A stretch of DNA of 26,853 bases. It comes from a virus (taxonomy: Duplodnaviria; Caudoviricetes). Below are positions 1 through 6,823 of the stretch, one piece after another; the stretch's first letter is position 1; each line of letters begins with the position of its first letter. Under the pieces are notes generated by a model, which saw only the letters and a list, made by a program, of their open reading frames with translations, made no database searches and was not told where the DNA came from. The stretch lies in IMG/VR virus record IMGVR_UViG_3300036796_000024, positions 1 through 26,853 of that record; one strand, written 5' to 3'. A program made the translations under genes and the position numbers.

Positions 1-60
1 TATGAGGACTTGGGATGCGTCAAGTCGGAGGCTCAGCCATAGAACCGCATATAAACATCA

Positions 61-89
61 AGCCCTGGGTTAATAGCTCAGGGCTTTTT
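61..89 (+). terminator. Intrinsic terminator upstream of the lysis cassette
   Basis: AGCCCTGGGT-TAAT-AGCTCAGGGCT hairpin followed by a T-run. Confidence 0.75.
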
Positions 90-92
90 GCA

Positions 93-178
93 TTTTTGTT
101 TTGCGTTCACCCCAAATCCCGGAACACCCTCATTCCTTCGTAGCGCATCGCGGTAACGGGGTGAGCGCAAACCAAAAA
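93..178 (+). other. Long stem-loop in the holin upstream region (candidate structured RNA)
   Basis: TTTGCGTTCACCCC (100-113) pairs with GGGGTGAGCGCAAA (158-171): 14 bp with one GU, extendable to 93/178, enclosing 44 nt. Confidence 0.55.
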
Positions 179-256
179 ACAATTGGCGCTATCTGCGCAT
201 TCACTTTTCCCTTCAAACAAACACACAGCACAGCCCTTAACCGGGAGGTGAGAGAT

Positions 257-598
257 ATGCGTATGCCTGACAAACAACCCGATATCTGGGCTCAACTATT
301 CCTGTGGCTGATGTCAGTGAAAGAGCAGGGCATTGGTGCTCTGCTGGCGGCCACGATGGCCTATCTGCGAGGCCGGTACAACGGCGGCAAATTCTGGCGA
401 ACGGTAATCGACGCCATCATGTGCGCGATGATCGCCTGGTTCGTCCGTGACCTACTAGATTTTGTAGGTCTGAAAACTGACCTCGGCTACATCGCCAGCG
501 TATTCATTGGATATCTCGGCACTGACTACTTTGGTGGTCTGCTGCGCCGGGTTATTGGCAACAAGACAAATACAGGTGCCAGCGATGCAAACCAGTGA
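257..598 (+). CDS. S: Lambda S-type (class I) holin/antiholin with Met-Arg-Met dual start (113/111 aa)
   Basis: [23 protein letters not shown]...[17 protein letters not shown] closely matches lambda S; SD GGAGGTG at 244-250; ATG257-CGT-ATG263. Confidence 0.95.
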   Translation: MRMPDKQPDIWAQLFLWLMSVKEQGIGALLAATMAYLRGRYNGGKFWRTVIDAIMCAMIAWFVRDLLDFVGLKTDLGYIASVFIGYLGTDYFGGLLRRVIGNKTNTGASDANQ

Positions 599-1025
599 GA
601 AAGGTATTGCTCTGATCAAGCAATTTGAAGGCTGTCGTCTGGCTGCATACCAGGATAGCGTCGGGGTCTGGACCATAGGTTACGGCTGGACTAATCCTGT
701 AGATGGTAAGCCGGTAAAGGCTGGAATGACCATCACTCAGGAAGTTGCTGAGAGACTTCTGAAGACTGGCCTTGTCAGCTACGAGAATGACGTGTCGAAA
801 CTGGTTAAGGTAAATCTGACTCAAGGCCAATTCGATGCTCTGGTGTCATTCACCTATAACCTTGGCGCACGTTCGCTATCGACTTCGACTTTGTTGAAAA
901 AGCTGAATGCCGGTGACTATCGCGGTGCTGCGGATGAGTTCCCGCGCTGGAATAAAGCTGGCGGCAAGGTTCTGGCGGGATTGACCCGTCGCCGTGAGGC
1001 AGAGCGATCTCTGTTTCTGTCATGA
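585..1025 (+). CDS. Endolysin, GH24 lysozyme (P22 gp19/T4-like muramidase), 146 aa
   Basis: E-x8-D-x5-T triad in [21 protein letters not shown]; [17 protein letters not shown] and GLTRRREAE motifs; overlaps holin end; no SAR segment. Confidence 0.95.
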   Translation: MQTSEKGIALIKQFEGCRLAAYQDSVGVWTIGYGWTNPVDGKPVKAGMTITQEVAERLLKTGLVSYENDVSKLVKVNLTQGQFDALVSFTYNLGARSLSTSTLLKKLNAGDYRGAADEFPRWNKAGGKVLAGLTRRREAERSLFLS

Positions 1026-1483
1026 GCCGCGCAACGTTAATCGCCATCGCCGTCGTGGCCGCAATCCTGTTTAGCCTTTGCTGGGCAGTCGATCACTACC
1101 GCTCTAACGCCATCACGTACAAAGAGCAGCGCAATACAGCAATCACTGAGCGAGACTCGGCAAAGGCCACCATCGCTGACATGCAAAGCCGCCAACGCGA
1201 TGCTGCAGCAATTGACGCAAAATACACCGGAGAGCTGGCTGATGCCAAACGCACCATTGAAGATTTGCAGCGTGATGTTGCTTCTGGCAAGCGCCGGCTG
1301 CAGCTCAACGCTACCTGCTCAAATGGTGACGCCGCCACAACCGGCAGCCTGGGCGATGCTTCCGCCGCCCGACCTACTGACTCCGCTGAACGGGATTATT
1401 TCACTCTCCGACAGCGAATCGAAACAGTGACCGGCCAGGTTAACTACCTGCAGGACTACATCAAGCAGCAGTGCCTCAGATAA
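1022..1483 (+). CDS. Rz: Rz inner-membrane spanin
   Basis: N-terminal TM helix, coiled coil, AAIDAKYTGELADAK and AERDYFTLR...YLQDYI..QC motifs; follows the endolysin. Confidence 0.93.
   Translation: MSRATLIAIAVVAAILFSLCWAVDHYRSNAITYKEQRNTAITERDSAKATIADMQSRQRDAAAIDAKYTGELADAKRTIEDLQRDVASGKRRLQLNATCSNGDAATTGSLGDASAARPTDSAERDYFTLRQRIETVTGQVNYLQDYIKQQCLR
1242..1430 (+). CDS. Rz1: Rz1 outer-membrane spanin lipoprotein embedded in Rz (+1 frame), 62 aa
   Basis: ATG1242 after GGAGAG; lipobox LASAGC; Pro-rich PPQPAAWAMLPPPDLLTPLNGIIS typical of Rz1. Confidence 0.9.
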   Translation: MPNAPLKICSVMLLLASAGCSSTLPAQMVTPPQPAAWAMLPPPDLLTPLNGIISLSDSESKQ

Positions 1484-1485
1484 CG

Positions 1486-1513
1486 AAGCCTCGGCATAGT
1501 CCGGGGCTTTTTT
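1486..1513 (+). terminator. Intrinsic terminator after the lysis cassette
   Basis: AAGCCTCGG-CATAGT-CCGGGGCTT followed by TTTT. Confidence 0.85.
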
Positions 1514-1527
1514 ATGCACCAAAAACA

Positions 1528-1656
1528 GCGCCCGCAATGCGCCTCTAACCAAGTCGAACCAACCCTTTGATATGAGCCCTTGAGGGAGTCAGTTAGTGCT
1601 GGCGAGCCTCGACGGGCTGATTTCCATTGCGGCAAGGGTTCATTTCAAAGAAAGGT
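1528..1656 (+). promoter_or_regulatory. Structured 5' leader of rha (nested stems plus loop-bulge pseudoknot, SD at the stem base)
   Basis: 18-nt arms 1565-1582/1633-1650; 11-bp inner stem 1584-1594/1615-1625; hairpin loop CCGCAAT 1532-1538 is the exact complement of bulge ATTGCGG 1626-1632. Confidence 0.65.
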
Positions 1657-1663
1657 ATACGCC

Positions 1664-2341
1664 ATGCAATTAGTTGAAATTAAGAAACTAGACCTTGTTA
1701 CAAACACTGCGGCGATAGCCGAAGGTGTGGGTCGTGATCATGACACCATCATAAAGCTGGTTGATCGAAACAAAAGCGACCTGGAAGAGTTTGGTGAGGT
1801 CGGATTTGAAATCCGAGCTGGCTACAACAATGCCAAAGTTCGTGTTGCGTTGCTGAATGAGCAACAAACCACGCTGCTTATCACCTATATGCGAAATAAC
1901 GAGATTGTAAGGTCGTTCAAAAAGCGCCTGGTGTCAGAGTTCTTCTCGATGCGAAGTGCTCTTGCCAAGAAGAAGATGGATCGAAATTCAGCCAGGCTGG
2001 AATACAAGCCAATGACCGATGCCATCAAGCATGAGCGCGAGTTACAGGGAAAGCAGATTGCCCCTCATCATTTCAGTAATGAAGCCGACCTGATTAACAG
2101 GCTTACGCTTGGAATGACGGCAGCTAAGTTTCGTGTGCATCATGACATCGGGAAGAAAGAAGCAATCCGCGACTATCTTACTCCTGAGCAAATCCATTGC
2201 ATTACTGAACTCCAGCGCGCCAACACTGTTTTTATCAGCATGGGCTGGGATTTTGAGCAACGGAAAGAGGTGTTGAAAGGCATGTTCGATCGTAACCATC
2301 GACAACCCCTCATCGAAGAGCAGCACCGCCTGGCAGCCTAA
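1664..2341 (+). CDS. rha: Rha-family phage regulatory protein, 225 aa
   Basis: SD AAAGGT at 1651-1656; IAEGVGRDHDTIIKLV...LLNEQQTTLLITYMRNNEIVRSFKKRLVSEF pattern of pRha; position after Rz as for P22 orf201. Confidence 0.85.
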   Translation: MQLVEIKKLDLVTNTAAIAEGVGRDHDTIIKLVDRNKSDLEEFGEVGFEIRAGYNNAKVRVALLNEQQTTLLITYMRNNEIVRSFKKRLVSEFFSMRSALAKKKMDRNSARLEYKPMTDAIKHERELQGKQIAPHHFSNEADLINRLTLGMTAAKFRVHHDIGKKEAIRDYLTPEQIHCITELQRANTVFISMGWDFEQRKEVLKGMFDRNHRQPLIEEQHRLAA

Positions 2342-2413
2342 GTGTAATTTTGCACTTTGCTTAAATAGCATACGATTGACGAGAGCCACTTTCACAACGG
2401 CTCTTCATCGCAC

Positions 2414-2436
2414 AGGTCACCTCCTGGTGGCTTTTT
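2414..2436 (+). terminator. Intrinsic terminator downstream of rha
   Basis: AGGTCACC-TCCT-GGTGGCTT followed by TTT. Confidence 0.7.
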
Positions 2437-2646
2437 AAATGCATCACCACAGCGTCACCCCGTCGCAGTCTCTCCATCTCAACGAAGACCATGCCGCCAT
2501 AGCGGGCTCCTCACATGCGAGTGGATGGAGTTAATCAGTAGCGGGTTACACCGGGTTTCCGCACAAGCGGGTTATCCCTCATTAGCAGTCAACCTGAACT
2601 GCGGTGGATGAATCAGGAAAACACTCAACTAACACAGAGGTTTGAA

Positions 2647-2805
2647 ATGGAAACAGGCATTCTGACGTACAAGTGGACACTTAAGCCTGGCATGAAGTGG
2701 CTGCTGATTATCTCAGGACTTCTGCGCTGGGACTGGCTCATCAAGAAGTGCTACAGCATTGAGCTGGTAACTGGAGATACAGCCGAGATTAAAAGCGGCC
2801 GGTGA
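2647..2805 (+). CDS. Small hypothetical phage protein, 52 aa, Trp-rich with a hydrophobic segment
   Basis: SD AGAGG at 2636-2640 before ATG2647; METGILTYKWTLKPGMKWLLIISGLLRWDWLIKKCY... Confidence 0.65.
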   Translation: METGILTYKWTLKPGMKWLLIISGLLRWDWLIKKCYSIELVTGDTAEIKSGR

Positions 2806-2808
2806 TTT

Positions 2809-2857
2809 ATAAAATTCTGCAAAGGTCGTCATGTTGATGGCCTTGACAGAGTTTTAT
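2809..2857 (+). other. About 21-bp RNA hairpin in the leader of the 2928 gene (possible RNase III-type site)
   Basis: ATAAAATTCTG/CAGAGTTTTAT (11 bp) plus AAGGTCGTCA/TGATGGCCTT (10 bp); GU pairs favour the + strand. Confidence 0.6.
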
Positions 2858-2927
2858 GTAAGTTTTTGATGGCCCTGGTGTCGACTAATCCGGGCGGATA
2901 TCAATCTAACCCAGAGGATTGTTCTAA

Positions 2928-3371
2928 ATGACCAGCAAAACAGAAACGATAGCCATCACCATTGAGGTTGATTCCAATGAGCTTCCGCAAAAGATTCAAG
3001 ATATAAACAAAGCGCTGATGAGTTATGGCTTTACTCCAAAGCCTGGGCAGGTGTTTATCAGTGAAGCATTAATTAATCCTGCTGACACTCAGTCCATAGG
3101 AAAAGTGGTTGATGAAAAAGGTGTTACCCGTGTTCAGTTCTCTGGTCCGTTTGAAATCACTGTTGACAATGGCTCTATTGGTGGTGTGTCGGAAAGTATC
3201 CTTGCCAATGCTAAGGCAATTGCAGAGTTAGAATCCGCCGTACAAAAACACATTAGTAAAGAATCGGGCATTGAAAGTCCTCGGATGCGGCAGATTATCC
3301 GAGAAGAGATGCTAATGCAGATGTTCCCTGGCGGCATCTTAAGCATTTACTCGGCGGCATCCAGAGGTTGA
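2928..3371 (+). CDS. Accessory protein, 147 aa, carrying short motifs resembling tape measure termini and the J C-terminal (DUF1983-like) region
   Basis: SD AGAGGA at 2913-2918; motifs IEVD..NKALMSYG, GQVFISEALI, AIAELESAVQ and PGGIL have counterparts in this window's TMP and J. Confidence 0.8.
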   Translation: MTSKTETIAITIEVDSNELPQKIQDINKALMSYGFTPKPGQVFISEALINPADTQSIGKVVDEKGVTRVQFSGPFEITVDNGSIGGVSESILANAKAIAELESAVQKHISKESGIESPRMRQIIREEMLMQMFPGGILSIYSAASRG

Positions 3372-3381
3372 GGAATAAGTA

Positions 3382-3897
3382 ATGGCGAAACCAGATTGGG
3401 AGGCCATCGAATCGGCTTACCGGGCTGGTTCCTTGTCGGTAAGGGCCATCGGTGAAAAGCATGGCGTTAACCATGCCACCATCCTGAAGAGAGCAAACAA
3501 AGAGGGATGGCAGCGCGACCTGACAGAGAAGGTCAGATCGGCAACTAAGGCTAAGGTAACCAAGTCGGTAACCAAAGACGGTAACCAGTCACCAGTGGTT
3601 ACTGATGATCAGATTATTGACCAGGCATCCGATGAGGCCGCCGCTGTAGTCATGGCTCACCGTGAAGGGTTGGCAGCATGGCGAGGAATCACCAATAAGC
3701 TTCGTGACTTCCTCGAAGACGCAGAGATAACCGAAGAGAATCACGCCTCCATGTCGCGCTCGATAACGGCTGGCGTCGATGCTCAGATAAAGGTTATCAA
3801 CGCTGAGCGCAAGGCGTACAACCTCGATACGGACGAAGGTAGCAAGACGGTCGATGACCTGTCTAACCTGATGGATTCATTGTCTCAGGGGGCTTAA
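3382..3897 (+). CDS. terS: Terminase small subunit
   Basis: N-terminal HTH MAKPDWEAIESAYRAG.LSVRAIGEKHGV...RANKEGWQRDL; SD GAGGA; stop overlaps the terL start. Confidence 0.88.
   Translation: MAKPDWEAIESAYRAGSLSVRAIGEKHGVNHATILKRANKEGWQRDLTEKVRSATKAKVTKSVTKDGNQSPVVTDDQIIDQASDEAAAVVMAHREGLAAWRGITNKLRDFLEDAEITEENHASMSRSITAGVDAQIKVINAERKAYNLDTDEGSKTVDDLSNLMDSLSQGA
3555..3602. repeat. GGTAACCA repeat cluster inside terS (candidate pac/TerS-binding region)
   Basis: GGTAACCA at 3555, 3567 and 3580; GTCACCA at 3588; inverted TGGTTAC at 3596. Confidence 0.6.
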
Positions 3898-5369
3898 TGA
3901 AACCTGAGCACTTAAAGCTGCTGGCAGATAAAGACTGGCGGCTGAACAATCTCTACTGGATCATCGACAAAGAGGGTAAGCCTACGCGGTTCAGGATGAC
4001 GCCTGAGCAGCGGGAATACTTCGAGGGGATTCACACCCGCAATATCATACTGAAAGCTCGACAGCTCGGCTTCACCACTGAGGTGTGCATCATCCAGTTG
4101 GATGCGGCACTGTTCGAGTCGGCGAAATGCGCGCTGATCGCCCACACGCTGAATGACGCAAAGCGCCTGTTCCGCGAAAAGGTGAAGTACGCATACGACA
4201 AACTGCCGCCGGAAATCAAAGCAGCCAACCCGGCCAGCAATGATTCGTCTGGTGAGCTCGTCTTTAAGAAGGGTGGGTCGTTGTACGTCAGCACGTCGTT
4301 TCGTGGCGGTACGCTGCGTTACCTGCACGTTTCAGAGTTCGGAAAAATATGCGCCAAATGGCCCGACAAAGCCCGTGAAATCGTCACTGGTGCGTTTGAG
4401 GCAGTATCGACTGGATGCTTCGCTACTATCGAGAGCACAGCTGAGGGCCGGGCGGGTTACTTCTTCGATTACTGCCAGACGGCAGAGAAAGCCTTACTGC
4501 AGGGCAAGCCGTTATCTGCACTGGACTGGAAGTTTTTCTTCTTCTCATGGTGGAAGAACCCGCAGTACGCAATCGATCCGGTAGAGCCTTTACCGCAACG
4601 CCTGGTTGATTACTTCGCTGAGATGGAAGCGAAGCATGGCGTGGTCGTCAATGAACGCCAAAAAGCCTGGTACTACGCGAAAGAGAAAACGCTCGGCGAT
4701 GACATGAAGCGCGAATACCCGACCATCCCGGCCGAGGCGTTCCAGCAGTCTGTCGAGGGCGCGTACTACGCCAAACAGTTCCGCTGGCTCTACACCAACA
4801 AGCGAATCGGCCAAATCCCAGATAACTCACACCTCCCGGTTCACACGTTCTGGGACATCGGCGTGGGCGACTCCACGGCTATCTGGTTCGTTCGCGAAGT
4901 TGGCGAAGAATTCCACGTTATCGACTACTACGAAAACTCAGGCGAAGGTCTACGGCACTATATGAAAGTGTTGAAAGACCGAGGCTATGAGTACGGCGAG
5001 CACTGGGGGCCGCATGATATCGAGAACCGAGAATTCGGCTCTGATGCCAAGTCCCGCAAAGAGCTAGCCCGAGAAGGCTACGAAATCGACGGCCAGAAAT
5101 ATTCGATGACATTCAAAGTTGTTCCGAAGGTCGGCGTAGACACTGGCATTGAATCGGTGCGCGAGATTCTAGCTAAATGTGCATTCGATGACGTGAAGTG
5201 TGCCGAAGGAATAACGCACCTTGAGGGCTACCGCAAGGAGTGGGACGGCAAGCGAGGGTGCTGGAAAGACAAACCACTTCATGACCATACGTCACACGGC
5301 GCTGATGCCTTCCGTTACTTCGCAGCAGCTAAGCACAACCGCAAGCAAGTAGGCGGTATATTCTTCTAA
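3897..5369 (+). CDS. terL: Terminase large subunit
   Basis: Walker A-like ILKARQLGFTT, Walker B-like LHVSE, coupling motif EST, RNase H-fold WDIGVGDSTAIWF and SHGADAFRY. Confidence 0.96.
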   Translation: MKPEHLKLLADKDWRLNNLYWIIDKEGKPTRFRMTPEQREYFEGIHTRNIILKARQLGFTTEVCIIQLDAALFESAKCALIAHTLNDAKRLFREKVKYAYDKLPPEIKAANPASNDSSGELVFKKGGSLYVSTSFRGGTLRYLHVSEFGKICAKWPDKAREIVTGAFEAVSTGCFATIESTAEGRAGYFFDYCQTAEKALLQGKPLSALDWKFFFFSWWKNPQYAIDPVEPLPQRLVDYFAEMEAKHGVVVNERQKAWYYAKEKTLGDDMKREYPTIPAEAFQQSVEGAYYAKQFRWLYTNKRIGQIPDNSHLPVHTFWDIGVGDSTAIWFVREVGEEFHVIDYYENSGEGLRHYMKVLKDRGYEYGEHWGPHDIENREFGSDAKSRKELAREGYEIDGQKYSMTFKVVPKVGVDTGIESVREILAKCAFDDVKCAEGITHLEGYRKEWDGKRGCWKDKPLHDHTSHGADAFRYFAAAKHNRKQVGGIFF

Positions 5370-5380
5370 GGAGCCACTCA

Positions 5381-6823
5381 GTGAGTGAACAAAGTAGCGA
5401 GGTCAAATTCCTCGTAAACGCCCTTGCTGAGCAAATAGGGCGGCAGCGCATGCTGTATGCCGGTCGCAATGGCAACGTGAAGCGCACGAAGCTATGGGAT
5501 GAGTTCGGTTACCCGGACACAATTTCATTCGATATGCTTTATCGCGCCTATCGTCGAAACTCAGCGGCCTTCGCTGGCGTTCATAAAACGCTGGATGACT
5601 GCTGGGTTGACCTGCCAACCATCATTGATGGCCCTGAGTCTACCGAGGCGACGAAAACCACTGAATGGGAAGCCGATGTCACCAAGCTAATCAAGCCGCA
5701 CTGGCCCCGCATCAAAGATGCAGACCGGAGAAATCTGGTTGGAAGATACTCGGCAATTCTTCTGCAGATAAAAGATGGCAGGACATGGGATCAGCCGGTA
5801 GATACCGCGACAGTAAAAAAACTCGGGCACGCAGCATTGGTTAAGCTGATTCCTGCATGGGAATCGCAGATAAAGCCGACTAACTACGACAATGACACCC
5901 TATCCGACACCTATGGCATGCCGACTGCTTATGAGTTTAACGAGCAGCCCGTGGGTGATGACGGGACGTATGGAGTAGTCAGAAGCGTGGTTGTCCATCC
6001 CGACAGGGTGATCATCCTTGCTGAAGGGTCAGAAGATGATAACGCCCTGGCTGGAGTTCCGCTTAATGAGGCTGGTTACAATGACCTGCTCGACATTGAG
6101 AAGACGAAAGGCGGCAGCGCGGAAGGATTCCTGAAGAACGCCAGCCGTCAACTGGGCATCACTTTTGATTCTGCCACCGACATGTCAGTCATAGCCGAAC
6201 AAGCAAAGAAGGCTGGCTATAGTGATATCGGTGAGGCAATGAATGACAAGATTGGCAAGCTGAATCGCGGCACTGATTCTGCCTTAGTCACTCAATCTGG
6301 TACCACATCAGTGTTGTCAGTCGCTCCGGCAGACCCCACCCCATCATGGACAGTGTCAGCAAATAGCTACGCATCAACAATCACCTGCCCATTTAACATC
6401 CTGTTCGGCAAGCAGACTGGCAACCTTGCTTCTGAAGAAGACAAGAAGGCATGGGCTATCAGGCGCAATAGTCGGCGAAATGGCTGGCAGTCAAAGTTAG
6501 TTACCGATGTGGTGACCCGGTTCTGGAAGGTTGGATTCATCAGCCCGCCTGTAAGCGGTGAAGTGTCTGTTACATGGTCAGATTTGTTGGCCCCAGGTGA
6601 CGCTGAGAAGCTGAATAACATGGACAAGATGGCTGACATCGCCGTTAAGACGCAGCAGGCATACGGCACCCCTGCCGTAGATGCTAATGAGGTCAGGGCG
6701 GCCGGTGAACTTGAGCCAATCAAAGAGATTCAGCCTCCCGACCCAAACAAAAAGGTGACCACCGATGATCCTCTTACCGGAGCAAAAGACGAGAATCGGA
6801 ACGCCGATAGTACCGCGCAATAA
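5381..6823 (+). CDS. Portal protein (DUF1073-like)
   Basis: 480 aa directly after terL; GTG start with SD AAGGAG; VHPDRVII and ILFGKQTG.LAS.ED motifs typical of this portal class. Confidence 0.88.
   Translation: MSEQSSEVKFLVNALAEQIGRQRMLYAGRNGNVKRTKLWDEFGYPDTISFDMLYRAYRRNSAAFAGVHKTLDDCWVDLPTIIDGPESTEATKTTEWEADVTKLIKPHWPRIKDADRRNLVGRYSAILLQIKDGRTWDQPVDTATVKKLGHAALVKLIPAWESQIKPTNYDNDTLSDTYGMPTAYEFNEQPVGDDGTYGVVRSVVVHPDRVIILAEGSEDDNALAGVPLNEAGYNDLLDIEKTKGGSAEGFLKNASRQLGITFDSATDMSVIAEQAKKAGYSDIGEAMNDKIGKLNRGTDSALVTQSGTTSVLSVAPADPTPSWTVSANSYASTITCPFNILFGKQTGNLASEEDKKAWAIRRNSRRNGWQSKLVTDVVTRFWKVGFISPPVSGEVSVTWSDLLAPGDAEKLNNMDKMADIAVKTQQAYGTPAVDANEVRAAGELEPIKEIQPPDPNKKVTTDDPLTGAKDENRNADSTAQ

Noticed and set aside
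1-42. Open frame YEDLGCVKSEAQP* at the window start, possibly the end of an upstream gene
   Set aside because: Only 13 codons visible; cannot be supported or named
101-256. 52-codon N-terminal extension of the holin in the ORF track
   Set aside because: No SD at 101; homology to lambda S and the SD both begin at 257; the region is better explained as structured RNA
2843-2871. Perfect TTGACA as a possible promoter for the 2928 gene
   Set aside because: No acceptable -10 at 16-18 bp (TTTGAT/TTGATG lack the -11 A); the hexamer is part of a hairpin arm
5381-6823. Possible anti-CBASS (Acb1) label sometimes attached to DUF1073-type proteins
   Set aside because: Size and position indicate a plain portal; no appended phosphoesterase domain with paired HxT motifs is evident
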